From contig NC_002937.3 of the NCBI RefSeq assembly GCF_000195755.1, positions 2,730,001 to 2,762,000 of the forward strand: a stretch of DNA of 32,000 nucleotides. The letters run 5' to 3'. The notes beneath the pieces are model-generated. The model was not told the DNA's origin and did no database searches. It saw only the letters and a list, made by a program, of their open reading frames with translations. Position numbers and translations under genes: made by a program. This DNA comes from Nitratidesulfovibrio vulgaris str. Hildenborough (GTDB lineage Bacteria > Desulfobacterota > Desulfovibrionia > Desulfovibrionales > Desulfovibrionaceae). Shown here in pieces: positions 15,553-22,528 of the stretch (position 1 is its first letter; each line of letters opens with the position of its first letter).

Positions 15553-16038
15553 ATGGACACGACACACACGCCTCACCTCACCGGGAATACACTCGATACG
15601 GCGTTGCGCCACCTTGAATCATCTGCGGGCCCTCGCCCCAGACTCTGTGCGGCCATGCTCCCTTGGGCCACAGGCGCTGAAGGACACCGGGCCGCAGCAT
15701 GGCTGCCTGCGTGGTTCATGCCGCACTTTCACGACGCACTGTGCTCCCTTCCACGCGAAGAAGCACTCTTCGCACTCTTCGAGGATATGGCCCTCCTCGC
15801 GCGGGCACATGCCGTATCATGTCGACCGGAGATGATACCGGAACCGCTTGCCGCTGTAATGACCGCTTTCGAGGCAGACGGCGAATGGCACCCGAACGAC
15901 GGTACGCTGGTGAGCGAATGGTACTGGCTGCGCCTGCCTGCCATCGGCATGGCATCGCGCCTCGGTGCCGACGTGGGGCTGTTCGGGACATCCGGCCAGC
16001 CCTTTGCGGCCCACGGGATGCAGACGACCGAAGGCTGA
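15553..16038 (+). CDS. hypothetical cytoplasmic protein
   Basis: ATG 15553 (MDTTHTPHLTGNTLD...) follows an AT-rich divergent intergenic region. The composition is protein-like (...EEALFALFEDMALLARAHA...SEWYWLRLPAIGM...). No family recognised, and the upstream part of track ORF 15361.. overlaps the divergent gene. Confidence 0.5.
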   Translation: MDTTHTPHLTGNTLDTALRHLESSAGPRPRLCAAMLPWATGAEGHRAAAWLPAWFMPHFHDALCSLPREEALFALFEDMALLARAHAVSCRPEMIPEPLAAVMTAFEADGEWHPNDGTLVSEWYWLRLPAIGMASRLGADVGLFGTSGQPFAAHGMQTTEG

Positions 16039-16126
16039 CCCGCCGCCGTCTACCCTCGCATGAGGGGCTTGCCCATCTGGACGCCGCCCGCACCTGCGCC
16101 TATTGTCATGATTCCACGGAGGAACC

Positions 16127-17002
16127 ATGCAAGCCGCGTCCATCCGCTTTCACGTCCATATCGTGCTCGTTGCCCTCATGCTCACGGCATGGGGCTGCGC
16201 GCCTCGCGTCAAGGCCGATGTCCTTGCCGTATCCGCCCCCGGCTACACCGTCTCCGGGCAGACATGCATCGTCCTGCCCGGACCGGGCATGGCTGGCATT
16301 CCGCCCTCTCTCTTCGCAGAGGCGAGTGGAAGGGTGCGAGCGGCCCTCGCAGGCAAGGGGTTCAGACCCGTCGAGAACGAGAACGAGGCAGAGATGGCCG
16401 TCAGGGTCTCATGGGCCACGCACGGCCCCTACGAGACACGCGAACCCCTCCGCCCCACGCCTTCGTTGTCCAGCCCGTTCGGCTGGGCGCGCCAGATGTC
16501 CGGGGCGTACGGCAGGGCAGGCTACGGCGGATTCGGTGTGGGGTATGGCGAGGGCTGGACCATCAAGAACGTCTATCAGCATGAACTCGTCCTCGAAGCA
16601 CGTCGCCGCAGCCAGACCAAGCCCGACATCCCCCCGACTGCGACCGACACACCCGCCAGTCCGGAGGCGACGTCGCAGTCCCCCGACTACACCCGTCCCC
16701 CGTATGCCCCGCCGTTGCCCGTGCCCAATCTGACACCGGCAAGCAGGGGGCGCACGCCGGTCACCCCCCTTCCCCCTGCCGGGTCCGCTTCAGGAACGGT
16801 TTCAGGAACAGACGAGGCAGGCCTTGCCCCGTTCGGCGGTGAGGTCCTCTGGCGGGTCGTCGTCAGCAGCGACAGCCAGCGGTCGGCCATCGACCCCATC
16901 CTGCCGCACCTCATCAGCGCAGCGGCCCGCTGGATGGGCATCAGCACCAGCACTCGTGTGACCATCGACGAAGAGCTCAATGTCACGCCGCGGGGCGACT
17001 GA
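16127..17002 (+). CDS. lipoprotein (DUF4136-like N-terminal domain, Gly/Tyr-rich and Pro-rich central linkers)
   Basis: GGAGGA sits 4 nt before ATG 16127. Signal and lipobox are MQAASIRFHVHIVLVALMLTAWGC. There is a G/Y-rich patch (GAYGRAGYGGFGVGYGEGW) and a Pro-rich segment. Family assignment is tentative. Confidence 0.7.
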   Translation: MQAASIRFHVHIVLVALMLTAWGCAPRVKADVLAVSAPGYTVSGQTCIVLPGPGMAGIPPSLFAEASGRVRAALAGKGFRPVENENEAEMAVRVSWATHGPYETREPLRPTPSLSSPFGWARQMSGAYGRAGYGGFGVGYGEGWTIKNVYQHELVLEARRRSQTKPDIPPTATDTPASPEATSQSPDYTRPPYAPPLPVPNLTPASRGRTPVTPLPPAGSASGTVSGTDEAGLAPFGGEVLWRVVVSSDSQRSAIDPILPHLISAAARWMGISTSTRVTIDEELNVTPRGD

Positions 17003-17012
17003 ACGCGACACA

Positions 17013-17037
17013 AAAGGCGGGAGTGAATCCCGCCTTT
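17013..17037 (+). terminator. terminator hairpin after the lipoprotein gene
   Basis: aaaggcggga-gtgaa-tcccgccttt begins 11 nt after the stop at 17002; the 3' arm ends in UUU. Confidence 0.6.
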
Positions 17038-17182
17038 CTGCATGACGCCCTCAGTGGCACGGCTGGCAGCCTTCGACGATCGTCCCGTCCGGCGCAACCG
17101 CACGGAAGGACCGTTCACACACGGTGTGCGAGCACCAGCCTGACAGGGTTTTTCGACCGCCTTTTGGCCGTCGAAGCATGGA

Positions 17183-17206
17183 AAAGGCGGGACGACCCCC
17201 GCCTTT
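17183..17206 (-). terminator. terminator hairpin for the minus-strand phage early operon
   Basis: On the minus strand: aaaggcggg-ggtcgt-cccgcc followed by tttt, about 37 nt downstream of the stop at 17243. The stem sequence is shared with the 17013-17037 hairpin. Confidence 0.6.
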
Positions 17207-17242
17207 CCCAGATTCGCCGGGCGTCATGAAGCGCCAGAGGCG

Positions 17243-17539
17243 CTAGCCCCGCTCTCGGCCGAACCACTTTCGCACGCTCTCCGGGTCGGCCCGGTACTTC
17301 CCGTCGGAACAGCGTCGCGCCGGAAACCCTTCGTCACGTATCCAGCGCTTGACGGCTATCTGCCCTGCACCCACTGCGCCGCAGATGGCATCAAGCCCCA
17401 CAAGGATCACAGGTTCCCTCCCGGCCGCACCCGGCCGGCAGGAGCGCATGGGCGACGGATAGCCCCCCCTGTCATTGCGCCCGTAGTGTGCTGCCATATG
17501 GCGGTTCGCCTCTTCCCTCGTTCCTTCACGATAGTCCAT
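17243..17539 (-). CDS. phage AlpA/excisionase-family helix-turn-helix protein
   Basis: AAGGAGGAGG sits about 8 nt before the ATG at 17539. The C-terminal half, ILVGLDAICGAVGAGQIAVKRWIRDEGFPARRCSDGKYRADPESVRKWF, fits the HTH_17/excisionase pattern (HTH, then the partner Arg-x-Gly-like segment, then a terminal W/F). Confidence 0.6.
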   Translation of the reverse strand: MDYREGTREEANRHMAAHYGRNDRGGYPSPMRSCRPGAAGREPVILVGLDAICGAVGAGQIAVKRWIRDEGFPARRCSDGKYRADPESVRKWFGRERG

Positions 17540-17565
17540 GCTTCACGCCTCCTCCTTGAACAGCC

Positions 17566-17937
17566 CTACTGTACCCAATCCGTCGCACCGCCCACCGCAC
17601 CATCGGCCCCGTCCTGCCGCCACATCCCAACGGAGGCGGCCGTAGCCGGGGCGGTCTGCCCGTCTCCTCCACCGGCAGGATACAGACCCAGCACCATTCG
17701 TGCGCGAACACGCCCGGGTGGGCACGCGCACAGCACCCCCTCGACCCGTACCGTGCCTCCTGCATGCACGATATGGGTACAACGGGACTCAAGTCCGGCA
17801 TCAAGCACGATGGCATGATAGCCAGCCCCTTCATCCTGCCCCGAGGTTTCAAGCATGAACATGGCCTCCCCTCCACCGGTACGGGTGTATCCGGTCGCAA
17901 CCGTCACAACACGCCCGACCAGCGTCACGCTGTTCAT
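17566..17937 (-). CDS. SSB-like OB-fold protein lacking the canonical acidic C-terminal tail
   Basis: GGAGG sits 8 nt before the ATG at 17937. MNSVTLVGRVVTVATGYTRTGGGEAMFMLETS...YHAIVLDAGLESRCTHIVHAGGTVRVEGVL follows the SSB N-terminal pattern (MN.V.L.GR......YT..G...A.F.L.......H.IV........G..V.VEG.L). The C-terminus ends ...GGATDWVQ rather than D-D-D-I-P-F. Confidence 0.6.
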   Translation of the reverse strand: MNSVTLVGRVVTVATGYTRTGGGEAMFMLETSGQDEGAGYHAIVLDAGLESRCTHIVHAGGTVRVEGVLCACPPGRVRARMVLGLYPAGGGDGQTAPATAASVGMWRQDGADGAVGGATDWVQ

Positions 17938-18002
17938 CTCCATGACCTCCTTCTGACTTTTCGCATCGCAGCTGTCTTCACGCATGCCTCCGCAGTCTGG
18001 CA

Positions 18003-18440
18003 TCAGAATCCGAGCACAGTATCCGGTATCCTGTAGAAATCGCGGTCATACCTGTCAGGGGGAATGGCCCCTGACGCCCACGGGTCGTCGAACAGGGCCC
18101 CCCGGCCGGAGGCACGGGCATGCGCCGCCTCGCAGGACGGCGAACAGCACGAGTCCTGCATGGAAGCTGGCGTGAAGGGCCGGCCGCACACCTTGCAGGT
18201 GCGTGTCACGAATCCCGCGGCATGCGCCGACCTGCCCGCGCAACTGCGTGAACAGAATCGCCGCCGCGGACGGGCGGAGGGAAAGGGCCGCCCGCAATAG
18301 GCGCAATGCGCCTCGACGGTCTCTTGCGCCCTGTGTGCCGCCATGCACTGGCGAGAGCAATAGACACCGCGTCCGGCGGCCAGACGCGCGGGGCGCACAT
18401 CGAAGTTCCTCCCACAATGCCTGCATGTTACGAGCGACAT
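18003..18440 (-). CDS. triple zinc-finger protein (three tandem CxxCGRxF-Xn-CSxxC modules, TRASH/MYM/FCS-like)
   Basis: The repeats are CRHCGRNF-x13-YCSRQC, CAYCGRPF-x8-FCSRSC and CKVCGRPF-x8-CCSPSC. A purine-rich tract precedes the ATG at 18440. Its 5' end overlaps the stop of the upstream gene by 13 nt. Confidence 0.65.
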   Translation of the reverse strand: MSLVTCRHCGRNFDVRPARLAAGRGVYCSRQCMAAHRAQETVEAHCAYCGRPFPSARPRRRFCSRSCAGRSAHAAGFVTRTCKVCGRPFTPASMQDSCCSPSCEAAHARASGRGALFDDPWASGAIPPDRYDRDFYRIPDTVLGF

Positions 18441-18676
18441 GCCCCACCCCCTTCATAGTACCGGTTGCACGCCTCCAGCGCACGCATACGCGCCCGGACA
18501 CGTTCCTGTGTCGGGTCCTCATGTTCTGCATAGACTGCGTAATAAAGGCCCAGCAGGCGTCGATGTTCTCCGACCTCGATGTGCATCATACCGGCAACGT
18601 CCCTGCCGGTCTCGCCCGCGTCACAGCGCAGGCCTTCCCCCCATCCAGTCTCGTCATGTCTCCCACGGTATTCCAT
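18428..18676 (-). CDS. hypothetical protein, first gene of the operon divergent from the repressor
   Basis: ATG 18676 (MEYRGRHDETGW...LLGLYYAVYAEHEDPTQERVRARMRALEACNRYYEGG). The track extends it to a GTG at 18757, which would eat into the operator region. The start is uncertain and no family is recognised. Confidence 0.4.
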   Translation of the reverse strand: MEYRGRHDETGWGEGLRCDAGETGRDVAGMMHIEVGEHRRLLGLYYAVYAEHEDPTQERVRARMRALEACNRYYEGGGACRS

Positions 18677-18804
18677 ATGCTTTCCGTTTGCGCCCGCAGG
18701 CGGTAACAGGTCGAACGTCTCGACGCGTCGTCCGCACACGTATTTCACATTTCGCACACAAACGTCAAGATACAGGTCTTGCTATGGGATTTTGTCTGGA
18801 CAAC

Positions 18805-18820
18805 TACACAAAATGTGGTA
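18805..18820. promoter_or_regulatory. operator candidate taCACA-AAA-TGTGgta just upstream of the repressor ATG
   Basis: An inverted repeat CACA-N3-TGTG lies 11-26 nt before ATG 18831. Related half-sites CGCACA occur at 18733, 18753 and 18826. Confidence 0.4.
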
Positions 18821-18830
18821 CTTTCCGCAC

Positions 18831-19565
18831 ATGAACCAGCACGAAGCCACCGTCACCGACGGCGACGAGCTCCAGCAGTTCATCGCCGAGGCCATAGCCC
18901 TCGTCGGGGGAGTGCGTGCGCTCGCCTCCATTGCAGGTGTGAGCGAGCGCACCGTCTATGCATGGAAGAACGGCGAGCGATTCCCCAGTCGCACGAACCT
19001 GAACCGACTCTCGGAGCATCTGGAGCACCTTTCACGACAGGGCTATTCGCCCAGTGCACCGCAACCGCACTGGCGGGCCCTGCGTGAGCGGATGCCCGGT
19101 TCCTATGCCCCACAGCAACCCGACGACACGGACCGCCTCACCGAGGAGTTCGTCTTCGTCGACAAGGCGGAGGCGCGTCCCAGTGCCGGGGGCGGGTCGC
19201 TCGAAACAAGCGCCCGCGCCGAGACCCGCTATGCGTTCAGACTGGATTGGGTTCTGCAGAAGACGCCCACTTCCGAGGGGTTGCGCATGATGGAAGTGGC
19301 AGGGCGCTCCATGGAGAACACCCTGCACAATGGCGACCTCGTCCTTGTCAACGAGCGCGATGTGCACCTTGTGGAAGACAGGGTCTATGTGGTGAGGGTG
19401 CACGACGAAATCTACGTCAAACGGTTCGCGCGCACCCCCGGCTGCTATCACTTCAGGGGCGACAACCGTGAGCTGGCCTATCAGGACATCTCTATCGACC
19501 CGCGCGACGAGAACCTCGACTGGGAGGTCATCGGGCGCGTACTCTGGGCAGGCAAGGAGTTGTGA
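18831..19565 (+). CDS. phage CI/LexA-type repressor (XRE HTH + S24 self-cleaving peptidase domain)
   Basis: The HTH is LVGGVRALASIAGVSERTVYAWKNGERFPSRTNLNRLSEHL. The S24 domain has Ser in MMEVAGRSMENTL and Lys in EIYVKRFAR. There is no Shine-Dalgarno before ATG 18831, so the mRNA may be leaderless or nearly so, as for lambda cI from PRM. The upstream part of track ORF 18579.. is rejected. Confidence 0.85.
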   Translation: MNQHEATVTDGDELQQFIAEAIALVGGVRALASIAGVSERTVYAWKNGERFPSRTNLNRLSEHLEHLSRQGYSPSAPQPHWRALRERMPGSYAPQQPDDTDRLTEEFVFVDKAEARPSAGGGSLETSARAETRYAFRLDWVLQKTPTSEGLRMMEVAGRSMENTLHNGDLVLVNERDVHLVEDRVYVVRVHDEIYVKRFARTPGCYHFRGDNRELAYQDISIDPRDENLDWEVIGRVLWAGKEL

Positions 19566-19594
19566 CCGGCCCGTCGACCTGCCCTGACTTTTTC

Positions 19595-19607
19595 GCACAT
19601 TTTGTGC
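19595..19607. promoter_or_regulatory. operator candidate GCACA-TTT-TGTGC between the repressor gene and the next ORF
   Basis: Perfect 5-bp inverted arms with a 3-nt A/T spacer, the same core as the 18805-18820 site. It lies 37 nt before ATG 19644. Confidence 0.4.
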
Positions 19608-19643
19608 AATACCTCCCTGACATCCATTCCCGGAGGATTGTAC

Positions 19644-19853
19644 ATGCACAGCACACCGTCCGCAGCCTTCCCGCTGCCTGCCGCTGACGCTTCCCTGGCG
19701 CCCTTCGTCATCCGCATCGTCGACATCCATGGTCAGGTGGACTATGAGCCCTGCGCCTCGGCAGACGATGCCTGTCGCTGGGCGACAGACGCCAGCACCG
19801 ATACCGACGCCGATGCCGCGATTTACAGACTCTGGCACGTCGAACGGCCATGA
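19644..19853 (+). CDS. small acidic hypothetical protein
   Basis: GGAGGA sits 6 nt before ATG 19644 (MHSTPSAAFPL...FVIRIVDIHGQVDYEPCASADDACRWATDASTDTDADAAIYRLWHVERP). No family recognised. Confidence 0.5.
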   Translation: MHSTPSAAFPLPAADASLAPFVIRIVDIHGQVDYEPCASADDACRWATDASTDTDADAAIYRLWHVERP

Positions 19854-20040
19854 ACACCGTTGCCAATCGCCATGCCGGGGCATAGCATGACCCGCAGAGG
19901 AGAAGCGGCAGCCTGCTGCACCGTGTACGGCCCGACAGACCGGTCTGCAGCACGGCAAGGCCCCGCCAGACACGGCGCTGAGGCTGCCGTCGACCAGTTG
20001 GAACGCGGGGCCCTGCACAACCACCGAAGGAGTACACATC

Positions 20041-21174
20041 GTGAACCGGCGACGCATTGCCCTGCTGCTACCGCGGCTTGGACGCTACGGCGGCGTGGAA
20101 CAGTTCGCATGGCACCTTGCAGAGGCACTGGCCCAGCGAGGACACGAAGTGGATTTCATCTGCGCCCGCAAGGAGGGCGAAGCCCCGGCGGGAGTCCGGC
20201 CCGTGGTGGTCGGGCGGAAAGGCGGGCTCAAGGTCCTGAAGGCCCTGCACTATCTGGTGCAGGCCGAACGGATGCGCCGACGAGGCGACTACGACCTCAC
20301 GGTGAGCTTCGGCAAGACGTGGGAACAGGACATCCTGCGCGTGGGTGGCGGCCCCCTCTCCACATTCTGGCAACTCTCCGGCGAGGCATGGCCCAAAGGG
20401 CCGCGGCGCACGCTCAAGTGCCTCACACGCCATCTCAGCCCCTACAACTGGCTCACTCATATCATCGAGCGCCGCCAGTATGACGGGCACTGCAAGATCA
20501 TATGCGTCTCCGACGCCGTGCGCGGATGGACGCTTCAGGCCTTTCCGTCCCTGGCGGCGACACCGCCCGAGGTCATCTACAACCGTCCGCAGCTGGAACG
20601 GTTCACTCCCGCGCCGGATACCGGGCGTGCCGCCTGTCGCGAGCGGTTCAGCATCCCCGCAGGGCACGTCGCCATCGGCACGGCGAGCTCGAACTTCATC
20701 CTCAAGGGCGTCGGTCACCTCATCCATGCCCTGAGCCTCTTGCCGCCCCACTTCATGCTGCTGGTGGCCGGCGGCCGCAATCCGGGGCCCTTCATGGATG
20801 TCGCGCGAAAGCTTGGCGTGTCGGACAGGGTCCGCTTCCTCGGCCGTGTCGACGACATGCCCGCGTTCTACAACGCCATCGACGTGTTCGCGCTGAACAC
20901 CTTCTATGACGCCTGCTCCAACGCTGTGCTCGAAGCCCTCGCCTGTGGCACGCCTGCATTGTCCACCACGCGCAACGGTTCAAGCCGTTTCCTCCCCGAA
21001 GCATGGGTGACCGATGCGCCCGACGACCCGGCAGACCTCGCGGCCCGCCTTGCAGCCCTTGCCAGCGAGGAACGGACGGAGGGCTTCGCATGGCCCGAAG
21101 ACGTGAAAGCCGGAATACCGGCATGGGTGGAACGGATAGAGCGTGAGATGGAGTCCGGCATCCGACGCGGATGA
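20041..21174 (+). CDS. glycosyltransferase family 4 (GT-B, WaaG/RfaG-like)
   Basis: GTG start at 20041 with GGAG 8 nt upstream. N-terminal IALLLPRLGRYGGVEQFAWHLAEALAQRGHEV. The C-terminal half, RVRFLGRVDDMPAFYNAIDVFALNTFYDACSNAVLEALACGTPAL, matches the Glycos_transf_1 pattern. Confidence 0.85.
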   Translation: MNRRRIALLLPRLGRYGGVEQFAWHLAEALAQRGHEVDFICARKEGEAPAGVRPVVVGRKGGLKVLKALHYLVQAERMRRRGDYDLTVSFGKTWEQDILRVGGGPLSTFWQLSGEAWPKGPRRTLKCLTRHLSPYNWLTHIIERRQYDGHCKIICVSDAVRGWTLQAFPSLAATPPEVIYNRPQLERFTPAPDTGRAACRERFSIPAGHVAIGTASSNFILKGVGHLIHALSLLPPHFMLLVAGGRNPGPFMDVARKLGVSDRVRFLGRVDDMPAFYNAIDVFALNTFYDACSNAVLEALACGTPALSTTRNGSSRFLPEAWVTDAPDDPADLAARLAALASEERTEGFAWPEDVKAGIPAWVERIEREMESGIRRG

Positions 21175-21296
21175 CCTGCCTGCGCCGGGCCCCGCCGCCC
21201 GGTGCCGTAACGGCCCCTGCGCCGCACCCTCTGCGCGTCGCCGTGTCGCCCTCGCCAGCGTAGCCGGCACGGCGGGACAACGGGACGGATAACGCT

Positions 21297-22466
21297 TCAG
21301 CGCGCGTTGGCGGTCACGTCCGGGTAGGACTCGCGTACCAGCACCACGGCCTCGTCGACAGCCAGCCCGTAGCGCAACTGCGGTGAAGTCGTCCCTGCCG
21401 TTCGCCCCTGCGAAACCTCGGCAGGTTCAGGCACGACACGGGCCCACACCCCGGCCCCACGGCTGCCTTCCCCCCCACGGGCCCTGCGGTCTGCACCAGC
21501 ACCGGAGCGCGAGGGGGAGACCCCCCCGTCGTCCGCTTGCACGGGACCTTGAGCGACGGGAACACCGGGCACCACCGCAAACCGGGAGTTCGCGGACGTT
21601 TCCGCGGACAGGCGCCCGCCAGGGCCGTCTTCGAGAGACACCACCCGCCCACGTATTTCCCCCTTGATACCCTCAAGCCTGACGCTGCACACCATCCCCT
21701 TGCGTATGGACGCCTCACGCCCCAGCGGAACACGTCCGACGACCCAGAGGTCGGCGGCATTCGACGAGGCTATTTCCAGCAACGGCTGGCCCGCAGCCAC
21801 CGCGCCCCCCTCGCGTACAAGGGTCCGGGTCACGATGCCCGCCACATCGGCGCGGATGATATGCACCACCGGGCGCATCTCTGCACCGGGCGAAGTGGCC
21901 ACGGCCATCTGTCGCCCCTCCCGCAGGGAACGCCACGCACCTTCTGCCTCGGCACGCAGGTTCGAGGCATCTTCTGCCGATTTGCGGGCGGCGTCGTAGG
22001 CCTTTCGCGCCTCGCGCTCATCGCGTTCGGCCCTTTGAAGAGCGGCATACGAAACCGAGGCATCGGCGCGCATCCCACGCAACACGACAAGGGCGCGGGC
22101 GTGTTCTGTGGACCGGAGTTCAAGCTGCCGCCTCACCCCCTCTTCCACCTTCGACGCAGCCTGCCATGCCGCATGTGCCTCGCGTTCACGCATCTCATGG
22201 CTGGCACCGGCGGCATGGGGCATGGCATCCGCCCCCACTCCCGCGGGCACGGCAAGCCGAAGCAACTCGTCGCCCGCGGCCACGACATCGCCCTCGCGAA
22301 CACGCAACGGCCCGACGACCGACGCGGCCGGCGCGTCGACGACACGCACCACACCTGCCACACGGGGTTCTTCAAGCACCACGCGCCCCATGTCATGATA
22401 GTGCCATACACCTGCCGCCAACGCTGCGATGCAGACACCGGCAGCCAGAAGATTCGCGATTCTCAT
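21297..22466 (-). CDS. HlyD-family membrane-fusion (periplasmic adaptor) protein with a low-complexity insertion
   Basis: The N-terminal TM is IANLLAAGVCIAALAAGVW. Lipoyl-like halves are VVGPLRVREGDVVAAGDELLRL and IIRADVAGIVTRTLVREGGAVAAGQPLLEI. A long Ala/Arg/Glu coiled coil lies between them, with a beta-barrel-like LWVVGRVPLGREASIRKGMVCSVRL. A Gly/Ala/Arg/Ser-rich insert lies near the C-terminus. Confidence 0.75.
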   Translation of the reverse strand: MRIANLLAAGVCIAALAAGVWHYHDMGRVVLEEPRVAGVVRVVDAPAASVVGPLRVREGDVVAAGDELLRLAVPAGVGADAMPHAAGASHEMREREAHAAWQAASKVEEGVRRQLELRSTEHARALVVLRGMRADASVSYAALQRAERDEREARKAYDAARKSAEDASNLRAEAEGAWRSLREGRQMAVATSPGAEMRPVVHIIRADVAGIVTRTLVREGGAVAAGQPLLEIASSNAADLWVVGRVPLGREASIRKGMVCSVRLEGIKGEIRGRVVSLEDGPGGRLSAETSANSRFAVVPGVPVAQGPVQADDGGVSPSRSGAGADRRARGGEGSRGAGVWARVVPEPAEVSQGRTAGTTSPQLRYGLAVDEAVVLVRESYPDVTANAR

Positions 22467-22528
22467 GCATCCGTCCGGGGAGGAAGATTATGCCGCCCAC
22501 ACGGCAACACAACTGGCGGATGCACGGT

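Larger units (their letters stand above)
13066..19853. mobile_element. fragmented prophage / phage-satellite-like remnant interleaved with envelope-protein genes (no integrase, capsid or tail genes in the window)
   Basis: Two phage-type genes cluster in 13066-14439: terS and a membrane coiled-coil protein. Four more cluster in 17243-19853: an XRE-S24 repressor, an AlpA-like HTH, an SSB-like protein and zinc-finger proteins. They are separated by lipoprotein genes. Boundaries are approximate. Confidence 0.5.

Noticed and set aside
15699-16733. 344-aa plus-strand ORF spanning two annotated genes
   Set aside because: It is out of frame with both 15553..16038 and 16127..17002. It is about one-third Arg/Pro and has no start context.
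19032-20057. 341-aa minus-strand ORF
   Set aside because: It is antisense to the S24 repressor gene and to the downstream small ORF. It is Gly/Arg/Cys-rich with no motifs.
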